Below, piece by piece: positions 37,609-46,232 of a DNA stretch of 64,000 nt. This stretch comes from Pseudomonadota bacterium (GTDB lineage: Bacteria > UBA10199 > 2-02-FULL-44-16 > JAAZCA01): assembly GCA_043822785.1 (NCBI GenBank), contig JBDRBN010000074.1, forward strand, positions 203 through 64,202. Reading direction: 5' to 3'. Both the position numbers and the translations under genes were made by a program. A model generated the notes under the pieces. The model saw only the letters and a program-made list of their open reading frames with translations, searched no databases and had not been told where the DNA came from. How positions within the stretch are numbered: position 1 is the stretch's first letter; every line of letters starts with the position of its first letter.

Positions 37609-39501
37609 CTAAAATAACTTTTGGAGATTGCTTCGCTCCCGCTGGTCGTTCGCAATGACAAAGCAAGGTTTAAGGCCGGTCATTTCCAAAACGCCGCCAT
37701 CCCCTAATTGCGCCAAGGTCTGCATGCTTATCACATCGCCCTCCATGCCTGTGACTTCTGCTATCTCCACGACCCTTCTGCTGCCATCCTCCATGCGCGA
37801 TACCTGAACGATAAGATCAACAGCCCTGGATACTTGCTCGCGAATGGCACGAAGAGGCAGAGCCAAATCCGCCATGAGCACCATGGTTTCAAGGCGCGCC
37901 AAAGCATCTCGCGAAGAGTTTGCATGAACCGTGGTAAGGGATCCCTCATGGCCCGTGTTCATGGCCTGAAGCATATCCAGCGCCTCTGCGCCGCGGCACT
38001 CGCCTACCACTATGCGATCAGGCCTCATCCTAAGAGCGTTTCTTACAAGATCGCGTATTGTTACCTGACCCACGCCTTCGATATTGCAAGGTCTTGCTTC
38101 TAATCTAACCACGTGCGGCAAGTTAATCTTAAGCTCTGCTGCATCCTCTATGGTGATTATGCGCTCTGCATGATCGATCTGCGATGCAAGCACGTTTAGA
38201 AGGGTTGTCTTTCCAGCGCCTGTGCCGCCTGAGACTACGATGGATATGCGCGAGCGCACGCACGAAGACAGAAAGCACGCTGCCTCTATAGAAAGCATCT
38301 TGCATTCCACAGCTTCGTCCATCTTGCTGATAGTGCGTAAGAACCTGCGCACCGTTAGGTGTGGCCCATCGATCGCCAGCGGCGGTATGATGGCGTGAAC
38401 TCTTGATCCGTCTGTGAGCCTTGCATCTGCAAAAGGCGTTGCCTCGTCAATGCGGCGGCCTGCCGGCATAAGCATTCTCTCTATTACTGCCATCAGATGT
38501 TCATCATCATAAAAACTTCCTGATGCGCGCTCGATCCTGCCTCCTCGCTCGATGTATATGTTCTCTGGCCCACAAACCATGATCTCGGTAATATCCGATT
38601 CAGCAAGTAAATGATCTATGGGTCCAAATCCACATGCCTCATCCACAACTTTTGAAACTATTTTTTCAGGCTCTATGTCTTTAATCTGTTCGTGTGAAAA
38701 AGCACCCACTATCCTGCGGGCGCATCGCCCAACCTTATCTCTTTTCGGCTTATCCATGGCCTTAAAGTCGCTGTCCTCCCTAAGGATTCCAAGCGCATCT
38801 CTGACAAGGCCTGTTAGCCGATCGTCTTTTTGCTCTGCTTCAACATGATCGCATTTTTTGGAATGAATCTTTGACAACACTGCTCTTTTTAGAATTTTGT
38901 CAGCCAGATGTTTAGCACCAGCCAAATCGCCCCATGAAGCGATTTTCCATTTGCGCGACAGATGTGATGCAACAGAAAGATCATGCGGAGAAATTACAAA
39001 GCCAGCAGGTCTTGGCGCTCTCTCGTCTTCCAACAACTTTTTTATATTGCGCCCTGCATAAGAGATATCGCCATCTTCAGATGCTTTAACAGAGAAAAGG
39101 GCGGGCATATCTGAAGCATGACGCCTAAGGTTTGCCACAGCGCTTATTTCCAAATCCAACAAATCCTTGGCACGATCCACAGAGATGATGAGTTCATAAG
39201 CCAAAGACAGGCTATGAAAATATTGAGAGTCAAACAGGCCATCGTCCAACATCATCCTTCCGATGCGCGCGCTTCCTGATGCCAAATAGCCACGCAACGA
39301 TTTTGCATCCATACCATTTATATGTGATTTTAAATCTGAAAGGAACCTTACATTTCCATTTGTCCCCTTAGCTCCTAAGGACTCTATGATGAGAACGTTA
39401 ATTCCTCTTGATGATAGCTCTGATGCTGCTTGCAAAGCGGCTATGCTCGCATTGTCACTGTCGTTAACATCGATCGTTGCAAATAAACGGCTCATCACCA
39501 C
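37609..39501 (-). CDS. cpaF: CpaF/TadA-family pilus assembly ATPase with ~250 aa N-terminal extension
   Basis: Walker A VSGGTGAGKTTLLNVL and the conserved CpaF core. The N-terminal extension is not found in canonical CpaF. Confidence 0.85.
   Translation of the reverse strand: MVMSRLFATIDVNDSDNASIAALQAASELSSRGINVLIIESLGAKGTNGNVRFLSDLKSHINGMDAKSLRGYLASGSARIGRMMLDDGLFDSQYFHSLSLAYELIISVDRAKDLLDLEISAVANLRRHASDMPALFSVKASEDGDISYAGRNIKKLLEDERAPRPAGFVISPHDLSVASHLSRKWKIASWGDLAGAKHLADKILKRAVLSKIHSKKCDHVEAEQKDDRLTGLVRDALGILREDSDFKAMDKPKRDKVGRCARRIVGAFSHEQIKDIEPEKIVSKVVDEACGFGPIDHLLAESDITEIMVCGPENIYIERGGRIERASGSFYDDEHLMAVIERMLMPAGRRIDEATPFADARLTDGSRVHAIIPPLAIDGPHLTVRRFLRTISKMDEAVECKMLSIEAACFLSSCVRSRISIVVSGGTGAGKTTLLNVLASQIDHAERIITIEDAAELKINLPHVVRLEARPCNIEGVGQVTIRDLVRNALRMRPDRIVVGECRGAEALDMLQAMNTGHEGSLTTVHANSSRDALARLETMVLMADLALPLRAIREQVSRAVDLIVQVSRMEDGSRRVVEIAEVTGMEGDVISMQTLAQLGDGGVLEMTGLKPCFVIANDQRERSNLQKLF
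37623..37660. repeat. partial palindromic REP/MITE-like element (half copy)
   Basis: GGAGATTGCTTCGCTCCCGCTGGTCGTTCGCAATGACA. Confidence 0.5.
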
Positions 39502-40961
39502 TTTCCTCTTCTGAACTTCTTATCTTTTGGTTTTTTATCAGTAACCAAGCCTTTCTTCTCCATATAGGCTTTGAGTTCTTTTTTTGAGCGATCCTTTATC
39601 ATGGCCTCTTCTGTTGCTAGAAACGCTCTGAGCTCGGCTTCGGCTGGAGTGGGGTTATGCACGAGCTTTGGCGTTACGAATATGACGAACTCGGATCGGT
39701 TTGATTGAAAGTCCTTTGATAAAAAGAGCGTAAAGATCGCAGACGATATGTCTATGCCCTGAGGTACGCGGTTTCGCATCTTCACATCGCCGTTGCGCAC
39801 TATGCCGCTAAGAATCACGCTTTGGCCAAACGGGCATATGGCCGTAGTCGTAACCGTATTCGTGTCGATTGCGCCGCGGATATCCGATGAAGGTGCAGAA
39901 AGGGTTGCAGTGAGCTTGAGATCGACTCCGCCTGATACCTCGATTGGATTTGCCGTGATATCGATGCCCATCTTTTTAAACTGAACCTTTTCTCCAGCAT
40001 AATAAGGCACCTCTGTGCCGCTAAAGATCTTTGCATCCTCTCCGCTCTTTACAACTATGGATGGATTTTCAAGCACGCGGCCCTCGCCGCTTTCGCGAAT
40101 AAATCTTAATTTTGGAATGAAGTTGAGGACCAATCCCAATAAGGAACGACCCAGATCGCCGATCGATGACAAGATGCCCGCGCCTACTATTTCGCTGCCG
40201 CCTTTGCTGGCTGGAAACGCACCCGGTGCCCAATCAAATGCCAACTGCCTTAGGGCGGATTTTTTGATTTCCATCATGTGAAATTCGAGCTCGATGAGGC
40301 TACCTTGGCCTGCGCTGCGGCCGGTCTCCTTCACCTCTATGAGATCGAGCACGTCAGGCGTATATAGCGTTGCTATCTCATTTGCGCGCTTTTTGTCGGC
40401 TGCGCTGAACACCACTCCTTGCAAAACAATACGGTCGCGCACTGCTTTTACTAAAACGCCTGGCACGTCGATGGCATCGCGCACAGCATCTGCCACCTTG
40501 TCTATGACGTCACGGGTGAGACGCACGTAACTTTTTACCCTGTGGTCTGATCTCGAAATGGCTTCTATCATTCGATAATCTTCAGGATCCGCGACCGCCC
40601 CAGAGATTTCAACTTTGCCTCCATGCACTTCCACATTTATACCATCTAAGCTGCCCAACGAACCTTGCACGCTCTCAAGCGCCTCTTTCAATGTGGTTGT
40701 CACAACGCGCACTGCGAACTCATCGCGTTTCTCACCCTGCGCATTCCACAGCGTTATTGTGGTCTCGCCCCCACCTCGCGCATTTAGATAGATGGAGCGG
40801 CGGCCTTGACCCACAAGATAATCGCACACGCCGGGATCCGTTACAGCCACATCGCCAACCTCGTATTCAAGAGGAATGGTTAAGGACTGTCCCTTCATGA
40901 GCATCTTTGTTTCTACACTTGCTTGGGCATGTGTTGCTGGTAAAATTAAAATCGCTGCCAT
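39495..40961 (-). CDS. cpaC: Flp pilus secretin CpaC/RcpA
   Basis: Secretin C-domain (NPSIVVKSGEDAKIFSGTEVPY...SVILSGIV...VIFVTPKL). Start placed at MAAILILPATHAQA (signal peptide). The longer ORF N-terminus (RFARNDI) is a translated REP element. Confidence 0.8.
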   Translation of the reverse strand: MAAILILPATHAQASVETKMLMKGQSLTIPLEYEVGDVAVTDPGVCDYLVGQGRRSIYLNARGGGETTITLWNAQGEKRDEFAVRVVTTTLKEALESVQGSLGSLDGINVEVHGGKVEISGAVADPEDYRMIEAISRSDHRVKSYVRLTRDVIDKVADAVRDAIDVPGVLVKAVRDRIVLQGVVFSAADKKRANEIATLYTPDVLDLIEVKETGRSAGQGSLIELEFHMMEIKKSALRQLAFDWAPGAFPASKGGSEIVGAGILSSIGDLGRSLLGLVLNFIPKLRFIRESGEGRVLENPSIVVKSGEDAKIFSGTEVPYYAGEKVQFKKMGIDITANPIEVSGGVDLKLTATLSAPSSDIRGAIDTNTVTTTAICPFGQSVILSGIVRNGDVKMRNRVPQGIDISSAIFTLFLSKDFQSNRSEFVIFVTPKLVHNPTPAEAELRAFLATEEAMIKDRSKKELKAYMEKKGLVTDKKPKDKKFRRGKW

Positions 40962-40982
40962 AAGAATAATTAGAAAATGGAT

Positions 40983-41067
40983 GTCATTGCGAGCGAAGCG
41001 AAGCAATCCCCTCAGCAAACGTGTCCGCTGGAGATTGCTTCGTCGCTTAACGCTCCTCGCAATGACA
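40983..41067. repeat. palindromic REP/MITE-like element copy 4
   Basis: GTCATTGCGAGCGAAGCGAAGCAATCCCC...GGAGATTGCTTCGTCGC...CTCGCAATGACA. Confidence 0.7.
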
Positions 41068-41102
41068 TCTCTTACCTTCATATCTTTCTCTGATCGCATC
41101 AC

Positions 41103-41981
41103 TTACCTCCTGCCGCGATATTCCCTAAAGCTCTTTTTAAATGGCAAAATACTTTCGTCTTCGCCTGCGATGTTTCCAATAGTAGTGGGCTCGTTCTCAT
41201 AGGTGCTTCCAACTTCTGCAAATGATTTAAGAGAAATTGACAACTCTCCTGCGCTCTGCGCAAACGCGAGCTTTTGCGACTCGGTCGGAGTAACAGCAAG
41301 GGTGACCATGAGATCATTGCCAAGGGGATTTTGGCGAGCGCTGGAAAAGATACCAGTCTTTGATCTATTTGTGCTGTCTTCCTCTGGAGCGCCGGCGAGC
41401 CTTGTTCCCACAGCCAGCACCAATGCATCCTGTACTATGGTAAGCGTAGTTCTTTTTACAGATGCCTCGTTTCCAAGATCAAACGTCGCAATCACATCCA
41501 CAGAATCGTTCGGCCGCAAAAGTCCGGCTACGCCTGATGCGCGATCGATCCCAACGGAAAAAGCCCTGCGGCCTATTGGAACTACTCCTGAAAGTCCTTT
41601 GGCCAGCGCAGGAAGGCGTGCTGTTGCGCTGCTTATCTGCGACCCCGATCTTATGGGCACCATCGCGATTCTGCCCGACGCATTTGTGAGATCATTTATG
41701 GCATTTGGCAGGGCAAACTTTCTTGGCACGTCCATAAGGGAGAGCATGCTCTTGTCGAGCAACTCTCCAGGCTCAATATCACGACCTGCAACAGCAACCT
41801 TTACAGGCTGGGATATAGACAAAAGCTGGGCCTCTTTTCTTGATAGATATCCAGAGGCAAAAAGCGCAGCAGCGATTGCAGACACCACGGCAACAAGAAG
41901 TGGTTTTTTCACAAACGCCTGTTTAAGGAACGCAAATTTCTGAAGAGACAACTCGCACCTCCTGCGGGGCTGTGAATTCAT
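41103..41981 (-). CDS. cpaB: Flp pilus assembly protein CpaB/RcpC
   Basis: N-terminal TM segment, then SAF-like and RcpC-like regions. Its position between the TadE-like and secretin genes supports the call. Confidence 0.65.
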   Translation of the reverse strand: MNSQPRRRCELSLQKFAFLKQAFVKKPLLVAVVSAIAAALFASGYLSRKEAQLLSISQPVKVAVAGRDIEPGELLDKSMLSLMDVPRKFALPNAINDLTNASGRIAMVPIRSGSQISSATARLPALAKGLSGVVPIGRRAFSVGIDRASGVAGLLRPNDSVDVIATFDLGNEASVKRTTLTIVQDALVLAVGTRLAGAPEEDSTNRSKTGIFSSARQNPLGNDLMVTLAVTPTESQKLAFAQSAGELSISLKSFAEVGSTYENEPTTIGNIAGEDESILPFKKSFREYRGRR

Positions 41982-42291
41982 ATGAAAATTCTCCCGCGCC
42001 TATTCTATGAGCGCGGCTATTTGAGCTAAACAGGGTGCTCTGCATATTCTCAATGCACGGCCTTGCAAAACCGTGTTCGGCGTTTATCATTTCCCATTCC
42101 CTAAGAGCTCTCTGCGCTTTTGCATTTGCGTCTGCCACATCTTTGACTGCATCTGAGAAAAGCGACGCAAACTGGAAGATGATCAGGATAAAAAGGGCGC
42201 AAACCGGCACCAAGGCTGCAAACTCTATGCATGCCGAACCTCTTTTATTACCAACTGCCCCATGGGATAATTGCCGAACGATATAGCGCAT
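41923..42291 (-). CDS. TadE-like pilus assembly protein
   Basis: N-terminal GSACIEFAALVPVCALFILIIF is TadE/pseudopilin-like. The start is uncertain and overlaps the upstream gene. Confidence 0.6.
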   Translation of the reverse strand: MRYIVRQLSHGAVGNKRGSACIEFAALVPVCALFILIIFQFASLFSDAVKDVADANAKAQRALREWEMINAEHGFARPCIENMQSTLFSSNSRAHRIGAGEFSYEFTAPQEVRVVSSEICVP

Positions 42292-43084
42292 CATAACCTT
42301 CATCGAATGTTTCCTCCTCTGCTTCATCAAGATCGTCCGTCTCCTTTTGTGCAAATTCCTCAAGCGAGCCGCCAAAGGCCTCTGCCGCAGATGCTGCGTG
42401 CACCTCGACCGGATCTTCTGCCAATACTCCCAGCATGAGCGGCGTTACTTCTGATGTTGCGTATATGCCTAACGACACGTTTGGATCCGTGCGCTTGATG
42501 CGATATTTGAACGCGTCATATGATTCCTCTTTCACCTTCTCCGGATCCAAGAACGACCCACCGCCGGTGACGTAACCGTAATCAAGGCTTTCTTCCTGTT
42601 CTTCGGGCTTAGCATCATCCGCAAGATCGATATCTCCTCTGACACTCAGATCCTCTATTTCGGTCTCGAGATCGGAAGTGTTTGAAAAGAGCGTATCTGC
42701 CGCCGCCTCTTTAGCGCGATCGCCCATGGCAAGAAGCGTTGCCTCTATGTTCGAGAAGGCTTTATCGCGCTTTGCCTCGTATTCGCCTATGTGCTGTTGT
42801 GCTGTTTCGCGGTCCTTTTGCGTGTCTTGTGCAAATTCCGCTCTGAGATCCCTAAACGCCTTATGAATGTTCCAGTTCTCGGCTGCCATGGTGTTTAGGC
42901 TGTGCGCGAGAGACGCGGCACCTGCATATGCAGCCCTATCCACTGCTGCCTGAAGCCTTGCCCTGGTCACTGCGATGCGGCCCATGTCGATTACGAGAAG
43001 CAGCGCTGCGGCCATAAGGGGAATGGCTGCGAACAAAAGCACTGTTATGCTGCCTCTTTGGTTATCTGTTCGAATCAATCGCAT
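42248..43084 (-). CDS. TadG-like Flp pilus assembly protein
   Basis: GSITVLLFAAIPLMAAALLLVIDMGRIAVTRARLQAAVDRAAYAGA matches the TadG N-terminal domain. Confidence 0.65.
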   Translation of the reverse strand: MRLIRTDNQRGSITVLLFAAIPLMAAALLLVIDMGRIAVTRARLQAAVDRAAYAGAASLAHSLNTMAAENWNIHKAFRDLRAEFAQDTQKDRETAQQHIGEYEAKRDKAFSNIEATLLAMGDRAKEAAADTLFSNTSDLETEIEDLSVRGDIDLADDAKPEEQEESLDYGYVTGGGSFLDPEKVKEESYDAFKYRIKRTDPNVSLGIYATSEVTPLMLGVLAEDPVEVHAASAAEAFGGSLEEFAQKETDDLDEAEEETFDEGYDALYRSAIIPWGSW

Positions 43085-43530
43085 ACATTATATCCTTCAC
43101 CGTCTCTGCAATATGACGATGGCGTATCACCGCCTTGCAGTACGGCGTTGCCCAAGTTTGGAGGTAGGGCCGGAGTTACGGGGCTTGTGCGCTTAAGAGC
43201 GGACATGCTCGTCGAAATTCCACTCAATGCTGAGTTGGAAAATGCGCTCAGCTCAAGCATAGCATTCTCTTCGTTGCCTTTGATTTCAAAGCTGCCGTCG
43301 CGAAACAATTGTGGTGGCAAGGCTGCATATATTTGGCCTTGTATTAAATTCTCTTCCTGAAACGTGCTTGCCACACGCGCTGCTTGCATGCTTGCAAGCT
43401 GTGCAACGATGCCCCTTATCCCAAGAAAGGACATGGCAAAGACTGAGATCAAAACTAGCGCTGCAAAAGGCAATATGAGTGTGAATTCCACTGCAGCGCT
43501 ACCGCCAATATTCTTGAAAATTAATTTCAT
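43075..43530 (-). CDS. tadE: TadE-like pilus assembly protein
   Basis: GGSAAVEFTLILPFAALVLISVF matches the TadE N-terminus. Confidence 0.7.
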   Translation of the reverse strand: MKLIFKNIGGSAAVEFTLILPFAALVLISVFAMSFLGIRGIVAQLASMQAARVASTFQEENLIQGQIYAALPPQLFRDGSFEIKGNEENAMLELSAFSNSALSGISTSMSALKRTSPVTPALPPNLGNAVLQGGDTPSSYCRDGEGYNVCD

Positions 43531-43537
43531 AGAATTA

Positions 43538-43735
43538 TCACCCGCCGGAATTTGACATCTGTTGGTTCGTTGAAAGCCACCCACTTACATTTGTGGCAAG
43601 ATCTGCCACAGCAGAGTTAAACACTGGAATGAAGTGGCTGGCTGCAGACACGAGCCCCAGCACCACCACTGCAATGATAAGCATGTACTCCGTAGCAGAC
43701 TGCCCCTTCTTGTTTCGTAGTATTTTGAAGCGCAT
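43538..43735 (-). CDS. flp: Flp/Fap family type IVb pilin
   Basis: 65 aa. KKGQSATEYMLIIAVVVLGLV is the Flp motif. Start taken at MRFKIL, internal to the ORF as given. Confidence 0.75.
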   Translation of the reverse strand: MRFKILRNKKGQSATEYMLIIAVVVLGLVSAASHFIPVFNSAVADLATNVSGWLSTNQQMSNSGG

Positions 43736-43849
43736 AAAAACCTCCTTTTGTAGGTTGTGATCTCTTTCCGCTTCCGCATCCGCGTCCGTGCCCGCTACCG
43801 ATAAGTGGTCGGTAGCGGATGCGTGCGCGAAAGCGGACGCGATTAGTAA

Positions 43850-43941
43850 ATGCATGCCTTATGCCAAAGTGGAGTTGTTGTATTTCAATGGGTTAGAAGA
43901 GAGGGGGTGTAGCGATTTGATGCAGGGGTGACGAAATTAGC
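43850..43941. repeat. 92 bp direct repeat (copy 1) flanking the YhcG nuclease gene
   Basis: ATGCATGCCTTATGCCAAAGTGGAGTTGTTGTATTTCAATGGGTTAGAAGAGAGGGGGTGTAGCGATTTGATGCAGGGGTGACGAAATTAGC. Confidence 0.8.
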
Positions 43942-45049
43942 TCTGCTCTTTTAACTCTTCTTCCATGAATTTCTGGATCTCTTTCTTGGAAGGGAGCTCT
44001 ACACTGTATTTCGATACAAAAAGTTTATTACTCATATCGGCCAGAGCATATTCCACCAAGGCACGATTTTTCTTTGTACACAAGAGAATCCCCACTGGTG
44101 GATTGTCACCATCCACGATTTCATTCTTGCGATAGTAACTGAGATAAGTGTTTAATTGGCCCAGGTATTCGTGCTTAAAGTCATCCACTTTCAACTCAAT
44201 CAATATATGACATTTGAGAATGCGGTGGTAAAAGAGCAAATCGACAAAGTAATACTCTCCGCCAATATTGATCCGCTTTTGTCTTGCCTCAAAACAAAAT
44301 CCATGCCCCAATTCGAGAAGAAATTCCTGAAGCTTATCGAGCAAGGCATCTTCAAGGTGGCTCTCGCCCATGACTTCTTTTGATCTTAATCCCAGAAACT
44401 CAAAAACATAAGGATCGCGAATGGTTAGTTGAACAGAATCATCAGAATGTTTTGCGCGGGTTAGTGCAGCAAGCTTTTTCTTATTCTTGGAAAGCCCTGT
44501 TCGTTCAAAATAAAGAGAGGCTATCTGACGTTTAAGTTCTCTTACAGACCAATTGCCTTGAATAGACTCATGTTCATAGAATGCGCGTTTTAGGGGATCG
44601 TCTATACTTAAAAGTTCTGAGAAATGGGTGAAGGAGAGGCGCTCTAAAAGGAGATTTACGGGGGACGTGAATTTGGGAGTCACTGACTCCCGTTTTTTAA
44701 TGAAGTGAGACTGCTTGGGTAAATAGGTCTTCAATCGGGGAGTCACCGGCTCCCCAATTTGAGGGTAGACCAAGTAAAATTGGCGATATCTGCGTAGTTC
44801 TCGTTGGTTAGTGCGGGGGATATTCAATTTACCAAGGCGAGAGGCAAGGGATTTAAGGAGCCTTTCTCCGTAGCGAGCACGATCCGAACCATTCTGCTCA
44901 TAAGAGTGAATATAAAACCCTATGGTCCAGTTACGCAGTGTTAGATAGGTATTGACGGCCCTGTTAGCATTAGCTGACAAGCTTTCATGCAGTTTCTTAA
45001 TGCCTTTAACTAGGGAATTAAAGTCTCCATCGCTTTTTTGTATCTTCAT
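43937..45049 (-). CDS. YhcG/DUF1016-family PDDEXK nuclease domain protein
   Basis: C-terminal NIGGEYYFVDLLFYHRILKCHILIELKVDDFKHEYLGQLNTYLSYY is the DUF1016/YhcG signature. Start placed at MKIQKS with an AAGGA RBS. The upstream 34 codons are translated low-complexity repeat. Confidence 0.8.
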   Translation of the reverse strand: MKIQKSDGDFNSLVKGIKKLHESLSANANRAVNTYLTLRNWTIGFYIHSYEQNGSDRARYGERLLKSLASRLGKLNIPRTNQRELRRYRQFYLVYPQIGEPVTPRLKTYLPKQSHFIKKRESVTPKFTSPVNLLLERLSFTHFSELLSIDDPLKRAFYEHESIQGNWSVRELKRQIASLYFERTGLSKNKKKLAALTRAKHSDDSVQLTIRDPYVFEFLGLRSKEVMGESHLEDALLDKLQEFLLELGHGFCFEARQKRINIGGEYYFVDLLFYHRILKCHILIELKVDDFKHEYLGQLNTYLSYYRKNEIVDGDNPPVGILLCTKKNRALVEYALADMSNKLFVSKYSVELPSKKEIQKFMEEELKEQS

Positions 45050-45145
45050 CTTTTTTTCCTTGCCCGTGCCCGAGCCCAAAATAGCGAGACCGGCGAGAAA
45101 CGCGAGACACGCGAGAAAGGTAACGGCAACGGGCAAGAGGAGAGA

Positions 45146-45237
45146 ATGCATGCCTTATGCCAAAGTGGAATTGTTGTATTTCAATGGGTTAGAAAATGAA
45201 GGTGTAGTGATTTGATGCAGCGGTAACGAAAAAGTTT
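45146..45237. repeat. 92 bp direct repeat (copy 2) flanking the YhcG nuclease gene
   Basis: ATGCATGCCTTATGCCAAAGTGGAATTGTTGTATTTCAATGGGTTAGAAAATGAAGGTGTAGTGATTTGATGCAGCGGTAACGAAAAAG. Confidence 0.8.
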
Positions 45238-45638
45238 CAACTAGCCAGAGCCTTCTGGATTTTCTTAAGATCTGAGATGATGTCTTTCTCATCTGTCAGG
45301 CTCAGAGGTTTGCCGGATTTACTAACATCCTTTATGTGCTGCATGATATTCATGACAAGCACGTCAACTTTATCAGCGCCTTCGCGGGGAGTTTCGCCTG
45401 CAAAGAGGATTAGAGATGGCGGAAGATCGAGTGCTCTAGCAAGTTTTTCAGCAACAACGCACCCCATGGACCTTTTCCCATGTTCTATTTCGCTCAGATG
45501 TGATTGTCTAATGCCTGCTGCCTTTGCAAGCTCTGCTTGAGACATCTCTAACATCTCGCGCGCTGTCTTTACCGCATCACCTGCTGAGAGTTTGATGCGA
45601 TCCTCTACTTTTCTGTATTTTTTTACTCTCATGTACAC
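45237..45638 (-). CDS. XRE-family HTH transcriptional regulator (antitoxin-like)
   Basis: HTH region MSQAELAKAAGIRQSHLSEIEHGKRSMG. Confidence 0.7.
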   Translation of the reverse strand: MYMRVKKYRKVEDRIKLSAGDAVKTAREMLEMSQAELAKAAGIRQSHLSEIEHGKRSMGCVVAEKLARALDLPPSLILFAGETPREGADKVDVLVMNIMQHIKDVSKSGKPLSLTDEKDIISDLKKIQKALAS

Positions 45639-45677
45639 TATCTACCATAACATCCCATTTATGGGAAGATCGAATAT

Positions 45678-46187
45678 TTAAGAAGTACTCAAATTTACTT
45701 CACAAATGATGAGAGCTGCTCCCATTACAAATAGTCCAGCCGGTATTAGAACCATTCGATAAGGCCCTATATAGCGCACTGGATAACCCTGCTCATTTTC
45801 CTCGCCCAAAAGTGATACCGAGGCTTCAAATAGGGCCTTAATTGCAGATATCACCAAAGTGCGATCTGCTACTGATATGTCTGCTGGTATATTATATGAT
45901 AGTCGTAGTCCTTGCTCATAAGATACTTTGATCATTCGTTTTGGCACTTTGTTCGCTTTAAAATAGCTTTCGATTCCTTTTTTAACGGCACTCTTAAGTT
46001 TACGCTCAGCTTTCTCATCATCAGCTGAGAATCCTTCTGGCCTGAGTCCCTTCAGTCCTTGCCAGCTTAGCAACGCACCAACTGGATCATTTCGATCCCC
46101 AAGCGCATTTCCTATATCTTGTACCAGTGCAGACCCACCCAGTTGAGTCAAACCCCAATACCCCTGCAGAAAGTTGTGTGAAATCAC
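45678..46187 (-). CDS. hypothetical protein (169 aa) upstream of the XRE regulator
   Basis: ORF only. No recognisable domain. C-terminal hydrophobic segment. Confidence 0.4.
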   Translation of the reverse strand: MISHNFLQGYWGLTQLGGSALVQDIGNALGDRNDPVGALLSWQGLKGLRPEGFSADDEKAERKLKSAVKKGIESYFKANKVPKRMIKVSYEQGLRLSYNIPADISVADRTLVISAIKALFEASVSLLGEENEQGYPVRYIGPYRMVLIPAGLFVMGAALIICEVNLSTS

Positions 46188-46232
46188 AAAATTAATTTGA
46201 CTTTCTAAAAAATGTGATTATCCTCAATTCAA

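Noticed and set aside
40962-41102. N-terminal 47 codons of the secretin ORF as given (MMRSEKD...RFARNDIHFLIIL)
   Set aside because: This stretch is the translated palindromic REP element. The true start is placed at MAAILILPATHAQA, a signal peptide.
45050-45151. First 34 codons of the YhcG ORF (MHSLLLPVAVTFLACLAFLAGLAILGSGTGKEKK)
   Set aside because: Translated from the GCGAGANA low-complexity word tract and the palindromic ATGCAT of the direct repeat. The internal Met with an RBS is preferred.
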